Of a DNA stretch of 64,000 nucleotides, positions 25,116 to 37,100 are shown piece by piece (positions within the stretch are counted from its first letter, which is position 1; each line of letters opens with the position of its first letter). The stretch is taken from NCBI RefSeq assembly GCF_006345805.1, contig NC_043005.1:22568001-22632000 (forward strand), written 5' to 3'. The translations under genes and the position numbers were made by a program. This DNA comes from Octopus sinensis (Eukaryota). The notes under the pieces were generated by a model, which saw only the letters and a program-made list of their open reading frames with translations, was not told the origin of the DNA and did not search any database.

Positions 25116-25245
25116 GGTATTTCATCTGCCATTACGTTCTTAGTTCAAATTCCGCCTAGGTTAACTTTGACTTTCATCCTTTCGAGGTCTATAAATTAAA
25201 TACCAGTCGCGTACTGGAGTCGATCTAATCGACTAGCCCTCTTAC
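25116..25245 (+). mobile_element. 3' half of the SINE family 1 copy interrupted by the LINE
   Basis: Resumes at GGTATTTCATCTGCC..TAGTTCAAATTCC, the point in the SINE consensus where the upstream head was interrupted. Confidence 0.8.
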
Positions 25246-25263
25246 ACGAAGAATAATACTTAC

Positions 25264-25400
25264 ATCTTTAAGATGAAACCAAAGGAAAGCTTCTTGAAAT
25301 GTGAATGGTAGTGTAAGAACTACAAGAAGAAGAACGTTGTTGAAGATCTCCCAAGAATAAGTGAATCCTGACACTGAAGACATTCTTTCTGCTTTCTTAT
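25264..25400 (-). CDS. SLC18B1: SLC18B1-like exon
   Basis: 137 nt, ctctttag / GTAAGT, phase 1-0. Reads (N)KKAERMSSVSGFTYSWEIFNNVLLLVVLTLPFTFQEAFLWFHLKD. Phase joins the 26897 exon. Confidence 0.8.
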
Positions 25401-25679
25401 CTAAAGAGGAAGAAAAAAATATTATTAATAATTTGTTCAAGGAAGTGGGTGTGCAAAACTTTTAGTATCGGACGAGATATTTTGCTGTATTTCTTCCGGT
25501 TCTTTACTATCTTGCCGGCACTAACTTACATTTTCATCACTTCAGTAGTTTGACACAATGCAATATCAATCAAGTACTGGAGTGTATTTGATCGACTAAC
25601 CCTTGACCGAAAATCTTTGGCTTTGTGCCTATATAAGACACTTAATGAAATACTTAGTTTCAGGTGCATGGAAAGTGCA

Positions 25680-26525
25680 TTATAAGCAGAAACAGGCGCA
25701 GTTTTCGGCCCTCTCCTTGTTGAAATGTTGTGTAATCATTCATGGACTTCATTGATTGATGTGTGAAACTTCCTGGAGCCTTTCATTAAAGCAGTGAAGG
25801 TGTCACACATGTGCAACAATGAAATATTGTGGTTTCCACAGCTTCAGGTACACAGAAGGTATTGTATAGGCAAGAGTAATTGTGATTCTCTAGTCTTCAG
25901 CATGGATGTTTCTCTTGTTGAAGTGCTCTATGGCTGAGATTATTGTCTTCATTGACCTCCAAAGTATGAACATGACAACTTTTGGTACCTGTGTAGCGAT
26001 ATTGATATCCTCACTGTTTGAGAGACACTTTAGGAATGATCTCGTTTCAGATTACAACCATCTTTGGCTAGTTTGACCCTGTTGTGTCCACTGATCTGAT
26101 TGGTTGGCATCTAGCGCGGTCTGTCGACTTATTTCGCGCCAGTATGTAAGCCAACCAATCACGGCCTTCGGATAGGATGCTTCATTTGAGCCACTTTAAT
26201 CCTTTAAATAGGCCAGCTTTCACTTTCAGCTTGAGACCTTTTAAGGTCTAGTCACTCAGCTATGTTCCAGTTCCAGCGACAGACGACCAGCCAGCCAACC
26301 ATGCTACTGCTCCAGCTATGAAGACGCTATTATACACCAGCGACAGACAGAACGTTTTCCATCTCCGCCACCGTCATCTCCATCTCCGTCGATTGAACGC
26401 CGCACAGTCGTCCCTAACATAATAAGCCATATACATAATATAACATACAGTGCCCAAAAGAAATAAATGAAGGACGACAAGCCGTTCTACTGTTTGAGAG
26501 AGAAGAAGACTTTATTTATACAGTG
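25680..26525. mobile_element. Possible LTR-element relic (CCAAT boxes, TTTAAATA, AATAAA)
   Basis: Higher-GC block with promoter-like and polyadenylation-like motifs at 26100-26525 and a stop-riddled frame next to it; no diagnostic domain. Confidence 0.25.
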
Positions 26526-26896
26526 TACAAAATGGCACCAGCTCATACGTCACTTTTTATCCCTAACATTTTGGACGACGCTTATTTCCCTACTACCCTA
26601 TTTTACAGATCTGGTCACTTAGGATTTTTATCTCCAAAATTTAAAATTCATTGTGAACGGTTGCCGATTTCAGTTATTAAAAACCATCGAAAAATATTCA
26701 CTACAAGAACTTCACACCACCTCTAAAAATGCATTGCAAAACTGGAACTATTTTGTAGGAGACAAGTTTCATTGAATTGTAAGTAAAATAGATTTATTTT
26801 CAAAAAAGTTTACGTTTTATTTTTCGAATCACTACATTAAATTATATCAAATTATAATGTATCTTGTTAAATTATATTACATTATAAAACACTTAC

Positions 26897-26987
26897 TCGA
26901 GCTCCCTCTTAGAAGGTATATATCGCATGGTAAACAAATGGCAAGCAGTGCACCATATATCAGATACGGTAAATCGAATCCACCAAG
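26897..26987 (-). CDS. SLC18B1: SLC18B1-like exon
   Basis: 91 nt, tttttcag / GTAAGT, phase 0-1. Reads LGGFDLPYLIYGALLAICLPCDIYLLRGSS, equivalent to SFGYEVPFIVLGCVVLLMVPLNMYILP. Confidence 0.85.
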
Positions 26988-28329
26988 CTGAAAAAGATTT
27001 AATACAATTATGGTTGACTCTGTTGTGGCGATTTAATATTGTTTATTGCTATTAGCTATGTATTGTTACCAAAAACTTGGTCCTTGGACTCCTCTATAAC
27101 ACGTTATATTCGAAAATATCTGATTTTTTTTTTTTTGCATATGCAGAGAAACAAATTCATGGGAACGGAACAGACTTTTGAAGTAGCGTAAGTAAATGCT
27201 TGGTTTTTGTAATATATTTTGTCGGCTCTGGAACGATGAGAAATGAATGTCGATTCATTCCAGTAATATAAACATAAATGGATGAATCTAAATGCCGTAA
27301 GATATCAATTTCGGTGCTCTGTCATTTCTGCCACTCTACATGCTTTAATAACATCCGTAAACTGACACCTGGATTTGATTTAGCAGTAACTAGGCATCCC
27401 CTACTACAGCCAGTCTGAAGTAACCATCACATTCTACTTTATGTTATTTTCTTCAATCTTGTCCTTTCATAGCCTATCTTTTATTTTATTTATAATATAC
27501 ATATTACGTATTATAGTATTTTATCATACCATCTCATATCCTATCCTATCCTATCTTATCTATCTTGCATTATCTGATCTTATTACAACTCTTCAATAAA
27601 TATTCTTTGATTTACTATGGTCAGTTTCGTACTTAAAAAATTGTCTTGTGTCTAAAGGGGAGACCAAAATTAGTTTTTCAAGGTACAGACGAGATGGTCG
27701 AAGGTATAAGCATTGGGTTATCTTCCCATGTATCATATGTTCAAATTATAGAGTTTATGTGCCACCTAGAAATAGACAACACATAAACTATATAAATCTA
27801 TAACAGACTCACATCTTCATCGTGAGAACTAGACACTAATTCACACCTGAACAGTTATAACATTATGTACAATTGTTGAGCGCCCAATCTTTGAGAAAAG
27901 CTAAAGAAAAATATTCTATTACAAATTTTCAGATAAGTTAGACTATAAGTTAGTCTGTGTGTCATCCCTTTGTTTCTTCTATTGTTTCTGCAACAGTCTA
28001 ATCTATGAAACAAACTATTTTATACAAAATTCAATTTTCTCATGAACTGCATCAAACACACTAGTGTTTCGAAAGAGCACATTTCTAAACGACTTGCAAT
28101 GTTTATGGATGGACAGTCATCTTTTCCGTTGAGTAAACAATAAAAATAACTTGATCAAATATTGCTATTGTAATGGGTAACGAAAAGTGTAGTCTTTATT
28201 TTTTTATTTTAACTGAACTATTTTTTAATATCACCTCTTTGCATATGCACAAGAGCAGTTATTTACTGTCTGCTCGCTTGAAAATAGGTATTTATTTATA
28301 AAATATGGATGACACATGATGTAAGCTAA

Positions 28330-28720
28330 CAACAGAAAGATTAAAACGGTATAGGCAATGATATTAAGAGAAACAGAGGTTCGAATCACTAAAACAAGCA
28401 CGGGAGCATCAGTGTGTTGAAGGGAAAATATGAATCAAAGAGTATTGAGTGAGTATTTACAAGAAATAAGGGAACGAGTTCAAGATAGAATATAAAATAA
28501 AAATGAACGAAAACGTCAAAAAACTAAACATATGGTTGAAAGTTACAACGTTGGTGACATCAATATTCTCTGCAATCATTGTGAAGCTATTAGATTTATA
28601 AATGAACCTCTGAACTGCTGAGAGGAAAGGAAAGTCATGTTCCTTCAATTAAAACCTTATCCAGAAAAACTGAAAGGTGCTTTTAAATAAAGATGATGCA
28701 GAATATACAATTTATAAAAG
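28330..28720 (+). mobile_element. Helitron Rep N-terminal zinc-finger fragment
   Basis: VGDINILCNHCEAIRFINEPLNC*EERKVMFLQLKPYPEKLK fits the Helitron CxxCxAxxFxxE..CCxxGKV..PE motif. Confidence 0.6.
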
Positions 28721-29064
28721 AATACTAAATTTTGTGACCCTTTATAAATTTATAATCACCTAAAAAATCTCGTATTTAGCATGGAGTTCCCACTTCTATT
28801 GCTAGTATATAATTAACTAGCACCACCTTCACAATCACAGTCATCATCACCAACACTATCATCACCATCATCTCCATCGCTACTATAACCATCACTTCAT
28901 TACCGTCATTACCATTAATACCACTACTATCATGCCATCGTCATCATTATCACTATTTCTATCATCACCACCTCATTCAGAGCAAGAGACAGAAAGAGAG
29001 AGAGAGGGGGGAGAGAACCTGGAATGAGACGAAGATAAAGAAGTATATGTTTAGTTATACTCAC

Positions 29065-29224
29065 AAATAAACAACTAACATCATCTGGGAATTCAGTGGC
29101 GAAAAATGTCATAACTGCTGTATTGATTGTACCACAACCCAAAGATTCGAAAGCTCTCACAATGAAACTTAGTATGATGAACACCATATTATAAGAACCC
29201 TGCTTAGGGATGTATTCAAGCAAT
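29065..29224 (-). CDS. SLC18B1: SLC18B1-like exon
   Basis: 160 nt, catcag / GTGAGT, phase 2-0. Reads (G)LLEYIPKQGSYNMVFIILSFIVRAFESLGCGTINTAVMTFFATEFPDDVSCLF; clear similarity to VLDRVP..FIAMCFLVRVMDAVSFAA..ILAKAFPNNVATVL. Confidence 0.9.
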
Positions 29225-29330
29225 CTGATGAGAGAGAAATATACAAATATTAATAATGGTTTCTAACAACAGTGCAAGGTTACCCATTTTCATAGTGAGA
29301 ACAGTCGAAAACAGGAAACTCAAATATATA

Positions 29331-29960
29331 TTTTGTCAGTAAGAAAACAAATGAAATAGTAATAAAAATAAATATGATTATATTTTTGTCATGAGAAAAG
29401 AAAAATGATCAATGTTTCGAATTTAATCTCTTTCTGTTTTTTAGTTTACCCAGTGGCACCCCAGGGCCGGATTTATAGGGGTATGGTGAGGCAATTGCTC
29501 CGGGTATCTAGATATTGGGGACCCCTGCTAGGAAAGGTATGTAACACTCAATACAGGAAGCCCCGCTACCACCTTCCAGCAATCAGGCATGATGAGGTAC
29601 ACTCAATATAGAAAATTATCTTGACTTCTTAAAAAATGTAATTTTGTCAGTAAGAAAACAATAAAATCAAATGAAATAGTAATGAAAATAAATATAATTA
29701 TATTTTTGTCATGGGGAAAAGAAAAATTATCAATGTTTTGGATTTATGCTCTTTTTGCTTTTTAGTTTACCCAGTGTCTCCCCAGGGCCAGATTTATAAG
29801 GGGTGTGGAGGGGGTAATTGCTCCGGGTATTGGGGACCCCTGCTAGGAAAGGTATGTAACACTCAATACAGGAAGCCCTCACCACTACCGCCTTCCAGCG
29901 TTCAGGCTTGCTGAGTCACACTCGTTATACAAAGGTATCTTGACTTCTTAAAAGATGTAA
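29331..29960 (+). repeat. Tandem duplication of ~310 bp carrying a hAT-like terminus
   Basis: Two diverged units; each has CAGGGCC(G/A)GATTTA (29462, 29783); inverted match TAAATCCGGTCCTA at 31144-31157. Confidence 0.75.
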
Positions 29961-31410
29961 TGAATTCTCTTTTATGATAAATACCCATAGATTTTTGCCA
30001 CTTTAGAGATACCAAATAATTCAATTAAAAAACAATTTATTGCCTTTACTGCCAGTCCCTAAACACTTACAATTCCCAAGGAAATTGTAACTGCTTTGGG
30101 GACAGCTGAGAAAAGGGGAATAACAGAACACTCCTGAAAATGTATGTATGTATCTGAGGTAGCTAATAAAATATCTGGATAATTGTTGGCGAAGAAGCTA
30201 TGGTGAAGAAGCTATAAAAAATATTTTACGTTGAGATTTTAGATTTAGCTGAGTTTCATTCATTTCATAGTATGTGATAATTTTCCATAATCCTCTTTCA
30301 TTTGATCAAGATATTTTAAATTTTGTTGCATTTTCGATGTCTAACGATGGATGCGTACGTGTATGACTCTTTTTTTAAAAATCAATTCTAGAAAGCTGGA
30401 AACGCAGATTTATATTGTCTTGTCTTACCCATTTTGCCCCGCCTGAATTTGTCTTTTATATGCTCAAAAAGAACGGCGATGATTTTCTGAAATATTGTTC
30501 TGAATACGTTGTAGGTTTTACTGCGTTTAGAGAAGATTTTTACTTCTCTGATATGGATTTGGCAAGGTAGTGAACATGCGTAAAACATAATCTTTTCTCG
30601 AAGTGAAAAATGCTGTAAATATTACTCATTGTACCCCACTTACTCTTACTGGAAACTGGAATAGACTTTCAGAAATAGCTGTCTGAATTTCCCCGTTTTT
30701 GTCTCTACCCCCCTCCTCTCTCTCTCACACACACACACACACTTATCATGCCTTTGGAACAAACAACAACCACAAAAATAATTTTTTTCTTTTATGTAAT
30801 TTTCTGTCATTTTATCTTATTTTACATTCTCAAATATATGTAGTTCACATTAAAAGAAGAAAAAAACTCTTACTTCACTCTTCTCTCCTTCATTGTACTT
30901 TTCACAATGAAGGAAAAAATCAAATACCGCAAGTGGATGTGTGAAAAACAAAATTTGAATTTTGAAAAAGTATATCTATAAAGCAAAATTTTCAGTCATT
31001 TATTTAAACTTTCTCTGGTAACTCATCAAATTCAATTATTGGAAATAGATGGGTTTTGAGATTTAGATTTAGTAATTTTCTAAGATTATAAGTCTTGGGT
31101 ATAAGTGACCCACTGAACTTGAAGTGCCCCCACCCTCTTGGTTTAAATCCGGTCCTAGGCTCCACTTCTGCTTTGCAGCTTCAGGAACATTGACATTATT
31201 TTTGATTGCATACACCTTTTAGTATCAATAATTGCTTATATTTTCTCTAATTCTTCCTCGTCTCCTTTCATCACAATCATTTAATCACTCCTGGTGCATA
31301 CAAACATGCATACATTCATAGTACTTGACCGTCCTACCCATACTTACTCACTCATGCTAAGACATACACTGACTCTGCCGCTATTTACTAATCTTTTAGC
31401 ACCTGTCCGA

Positions 31411-31528
31411 AATAATGGATGATGGAAGGAAGATAGATATGTATTTAGTTTTTTAGGATGCCCACGATCTATCTCCACCATCCTAAAAAACTAAATACAT
31501 ATCTATCTTCCTTCCATCATCCATTATT
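31411..31528. repeat. Perfect 50-bp inverted repeat with 18-nt loop
   Basis: 31411-31460 is the exact reverse complement of 31479-31528. Confidence 0.95.
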
Positions 31529-32287
31529 ATCAAGACTCCTTGCTTTTTCTCTTCTTTTTGTCTTGATAAAGAGCCTGTGGCCAAAACGTTGGAAATTTCG
31601 CTTTTCCTTGTAATATATGCATTGCGTTATTTATTAATTTTTTTTACTTCTTATTTTGATTACTTGTCGATGTGGCCCCCACAACAAATTCTTCAGATTT
31701 GGACTTTAACTCATCTTGGTAGATCTGATCTCAATGTAAAAGATAGATAGCCAAATACCACATAATCAATCCATTGTCCTTCGTAATAATGATACTAATA
31801 ATAATTATAGCATATAACATTGACACAAGGCCACATATTTACTGAATCGACTTACTTAACTGGTATCTATGTCATCAAGATGTAAAAGATCAATGGCAGT
31901 CGTTGATCTTGGTTGGACTTGAACTTAGAACATAAAGAGATTAATTAGATACAGCTCTGCTAACTCTGAAATCTTAATAATTGTAATGATAGTATGTCTA
32001 CAAAGAAACACAATCAGCAGCTTCTTAGACACAATGGCTTTTCAGAGTAGATTCATAAATTAGCCAAATATATGAACCTGAAAATGAACCTTTAAAACAA
32101 TATTATAGATATGACAGATGAAATCATGATGCAACTCATACACCAAACTTGACTCAATAAAACATTCATACAGGATTTGCCAGTACTATATTTCATTCAG
32201 TATCAATCTCACAAGTGACTTTACAAAGTACGCAAAAATAACAAACAATACGACAATATGAAAAAATTCTGAACAAATCTTACTTAC

Positions 32288-32361
32288 CCAAAAATAACTG
32301 TGTTAATGGCAGAAGACCCGATTGCAACATATATGATATGCTTTAATTCAAAATGGTAGAC
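32288..32361 (-). CDS. SLC18B1: SLC18B1-like exon
   Basis: 74 nt, ttcttacag / GTAAGT, phase 0-2. Reads VYHFELKHIIYVAIGSSAINTVIF(G), equivalent to LVHIGAKFMFVAGMFVSGGVTILFG. Phase joins the 29224 exon. Confidence 0.82.
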
Positions 32362-32667
32362 CTGTAAGAAATAAACAGACAACACTTAGTTTCAATTGCG
32401 AATGAGTCCTGTTGATTTATTAACATATTTTAAAAAAAGATCCCATCACCTTCAAAGGAAACTTGAACAAATTTCTTCAAGGGATACCAAATAAACTGCC
32501 TGCTCTTGTAGGCAGTTTACATGTCAGTCAACAGCAACTCTCTACTTGAATGGACCATGATACCACAAAACTTGATTTTAAAATGACTTAAACCCTAACA
32601 GGTGGTGCTACTAAGTTAGACATGGCTTGAGCTAATCTTTGGCCGAAGTGTATCTAAGTCATCTAAG

Positions 32668-32769
<102 letters not shown>

Positions 32770-33540
32770 TGTGTGTGTGTGTGTGTAAGGTAATATGTGA
32801 TAATTATTCGGTTGCCATAATAAAACTCCGATTTTCGGATGTCGGTGCGGAAATATGCTCCAGCATCTCGTCAGTTATTATGACAAACAAAAATGCTATG
32901 AAAATGACCGTTAAACAAAGGGAAATCAGTGTAAATTACCGTTATTACAACAAACAAAAGAGCTATTAGTATGACTGTTTAAGAAAGGGAAAAGAAACCC
33001 GAAGGGGAGAAAGTAAAAAACGCTCATAGAATTCGCGTATGCGCGCATGTACATACATAAACAAGCGCGCACGCACACCCACGTACATGTGCCTATATGC
33101 ATATCCTCACTCACACTCGCGTGAAACACATAGGTGCACGCCCACACACACGCCTATATGTGCACATATATACGCAACCATACACATGTACACATATACA
33201 TATCCGCACACATGCGCACACACACACACGTACACATACCCATACGCGCACAATTATATTCATATACACGTCTAGAATACGCATATGCTATATATGCATA
33301 TGCTCACTCACACTTGCGTGAAACATATGCATGCACAACCACAGACACACTTATATGTATACATATATATGCAACCATGTACACATATACATACACACAC
33401 ACACGCATATATATATATATATACCAATACACGCACAAACATGTTCATATACACGTCTATATATGCACATGCACAAAAAATGCAGGGTGAAAGGTAATAT
33501 ACAGAAAAATATGTAAAAATATATAAAGCAATAATAATAT

Positions 33541-33940
33541 AGGAGTGGCTGTGTGGTAAGTAGCTTGTTTACCAACCACATGGTTCCGGGTTCAGTCCCA
33601 CTGCGTGGCACCTTGGGCAAGTGTCTTCTGCTATAGCCTCGGGCCGACCAAAGCCTTGTGAGTGGATTTGGTAGACAGAAACTGAAAGAAGCCTGTCGTA
33701 TATATGTATATATATGTATATATGTGTGTGCATGTATGTTTGTGTTTGTCCCCCTAGCATTGCTTGACAACCGATGCTGGTGTGTTTATGTCCCCGTCAC
33801 TTAGCGGTTCGGCAAAAGAGACCGATAGAATAAGTACTGGGCTTACAAAGAATAAGTCCCGGGGTCGAGTTGCTCGATTAAAGGCGGTGCTCCAGCATGG
33901 CTGCAGTTAAATGACTGAAACAAGTAAAAGAGTAAAAGAG
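33541..33940 (+). mobile_element. SINE family 2 copy
   Basis: Near-complete copy homologous to 8335-8781. Confidence 0.9.
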
Positions 33941-33989
33941 TATATATAAATATATCGAGATAAAATGCTTGTACGTGGACAATATAAAA

Positions 33990-34790
33990 GCAGGTTCTAT
34001 CTATGATCTTGGTGGGGAACAAAAATGTAACAATTATTTAGCCATATGTAGACATGAACCAAAAAGTTCAGTTCTTGAATTTAGGCATGTAGCGGGGTCT
34101 AAGCTGGTTTTCCAGTTGAGCCATCTTTCCATGTCTCAAAGATCGCACTTTCCACTGCCGATGGTGTAAGGCTTACACTTGGCTAAGATCTTCCAGTAGA
34201 TATTGTAATTGATACCTTTTTCTTTTAAGGACCATATATGACTAGATTATTTGGTTGTTTTTTTTTATCTCAGTGTCTGAAGCTCAAGGTGTGATTGTTG
34301 AACCTGACTTTAAAATTCCCCTCTGTGAGACCCACCTATTTCTTTGACAGAACTATGTCCTTAGTGGTTGTAGACTCTACGATCGCTTCATAAATGATGG
34401 TCTCGGACATGCAAGCTCCATTTAGCGGGCACAAATTTTTATCCCTGCATGAACAGCTGGTTTTATTTTGTTGTTTTTGTGTGTCTGATTGATATTGCAA
34501 AAATAGTATTTCTCAATAAGCAGACCAATATTTGTTGATTTAATTACGAATTGAGAGGTTACTACGGTTTTACTTTGGGAAATATTGCCATCGATCAACA
34601 TCCAATATACAGAAAACAAATGAAAAAAATGCTTTTTTTCCCCAAATATGAGGCATTTCTGTACAACAAAAATGGTAGCTAACCAAGAAAAGTAACGTCA
34701 TTTTCAGATTCAGCGCCCTCCAATAAGCTTTAAAAAAATGTTTGGTGTCTCGACACCATTTCAAAAATTTCTTTTTGTTGACCAATGTAA
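33990..34790 (-). mobile_element. Penelope-like element 3' fragment (linker plus GIY-YIG)
   Basis: CSCRDKNLCPLNGACMSETIIYEAIV..KK*VGLTEGNFKVRFNNH..HIWSLKEKGINYNIYWKIL..CDL..LNSRTELFGSCLH. Confidence 0.85.
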
Positions 34791-34946
34791 TTGTTGAAGA
34801 CTTTTAAGTAGAATCAGTCGACCTCAGTGATTTTTGAGTTATAGTTTTATTAGAGTGTGTTAAAGAGCTGGATTAAAGGATGTCTGTAAATTGACTTTAT
34901 TGAAAGTAATATCCTCAATGAATATCTAATGATCATAGATGTGTTA

Positions 34947-35048
<102 letters not shown>

Positions 35049-35200
35049 ATATTCTTTTAAAAAAAACTTTTTCTTCTAATTTTTTCTAAATTTAATTATT
35101 TAATCGTTACAGTTGAAAAGGTCTCAAAATGACCGAAACCGGTACTGAAAGATCCACTATAAAATTATCTTAGCATTTTCTATTTTTGACTTGTTTTTTC

Positions 35201-35280
<80 letters not shown>

Positions 35281-35282
<2 letters not shown>

Positions 35283-36535
35283 GGGGTTGGACAAAATAAT
35301 GGAAACACCTTAAAATTTTAAACAAATTTATTTTGATATGGGTAGGACCGCCTTTGACAGTAATTACAGCTTGAATTCTACGAGGCATGGACTCGTATAA
35401 AGTTTGAATTGTTTCGAAAGGAATTTTTGTTCATTCTTCACCTAAAACAGTCTCCAGTTCTTGTAGTGATGATGGTGGAGATATCGACTCCTTTCTTGTT
35501 TTTCTAAAATGCACCATAAATGTTCAATAATATTGAGATCTGGGGACTATGGTGGCCAGATAAGATGTTCAAATTCACTAGAATGTTCCTCATGCCATTC
35601 AGTAACAAATTCAGCTGTGTGAATTGGTGCATTATCATCCTGAAAGATTGCTTTTCCCTCCGGAAACAGTTCCGTAACCAATAGGATAAATTTGATCCGA
35701 TAAAATGCTTAAATAGTTGTGACTATTAATTCTGCCATGAAAAGAAATCTCCAAGATTTAGCCTCTCCCCACTGATCATAACAGATCCTCTTCCATGTAT
35801 AACAGTTGGAAGAAGGCAGTCTGGGTCAAATGCTTCTTTTGGCTGTCTCCACACGTATACTCGGTCGGTGGTCGGAAATAAAGTAAAGGATGGCTCATCC
35901 GAGAAAATAACATTCTCCTACTGCTCTAGCGATCGATTCTGTAGGTTTTTACTCCACTCTAAACACTTTCCAATGTTTGTTTTTGAAAGTAATGGTTTTC
36001 TGATTGCAACCCTCCCGTGCAATCCGGCTTTGTGCAGATCCCGGCAAACAATTTTTGTGGAAATTGGGTTCTCGAGGTGGTCATTAGGCTTTGCAGTAAT
36101 TCTCGGGGCTGTACTTTTGTGATCCTTTTTAACAATTCGCGCAAGAATCTGATGGTCCCTATCTGAAAGTTTTGGTTTTCTTCTGGAGATTTGTTTTGAC
36201 GAGGAGGTTTTTCACTCTTACTTAAAGGCTGTCATTACTATCGAGACAGTACTTCTTGATAGACTAAACATTTCGACTGTTTTCGTTACGCGAGCGCCTG
36301 CAATAGGAACACCAACAATTTGATCTCTTTGAAAGTCCGATAGATCTGTCATTTTAATTAATTTTAATTACCTTTTCCTGATGATATCCGAAAAGAAACA
36401 GCAATTTTAGCAAAACATATTAAGCAGCACTAATAATAAGTAAAAAAAACCATAAAAATAATCAAGATTTTAACTGTTATATAGATATTTAAAAATTATG
36501 ATGCTAGGTATTTCCATGATTTTGTCCGATCCCTG
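35281..36535 (-). mobile_element. Tc1-like (DD34E) transposon, degenerate
   Basis: TIRs CAGGGGTTGGACAAAATAATGGAAA / TTTCCATGATTTTGTCCGATCCCTG; transposase from ATG at 36352 with IRKPLL, IFSDEPSF, FQDDNAPIH, WPP*SPDLNIIEHLW, SMPRRIQAVI. Confidence 0.92.
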
Positions 36536-36558
36536 TATGTGCGTGTATATATTATATA

Positions 36559-36921
<363 letters not shown>

Positions 36922-37100
36922 TCGTTTTTAGAAAAACATAAATCCGGAGAAGAAACACACTCTAAAATGTAGACCAGTCTATACTTTTTTCCTGGTGAAG
37001 GCCGGTTTATGGGGTTACCCTGGGTTTCCCGTACATAAAGGGTTTAACCTTATGGCGTATAGTCAGATCTCAAGAGTTGTCGGGCTAAGACCTCTTTCAA

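Noticed and set aside
27812-27845. 34-nt AG..GTGAGT-bounded candidate micro-exon
   Set aside because: Only the phase-2 frame is open; neighbouring exons need phase 0-0.
28020-28084. MCSFETLVCL resembling GSLETFSGL of the missing exon
   Set aside because: No acceptor in the right phase, no GP motif, and the frame ends in a stop.
32810-32930. Short hydrophobic minus-strand frame resembling a terminal exon
   Set aside because: Preceded by an in-frame stop with no acceptor, and positioned mid-gene.
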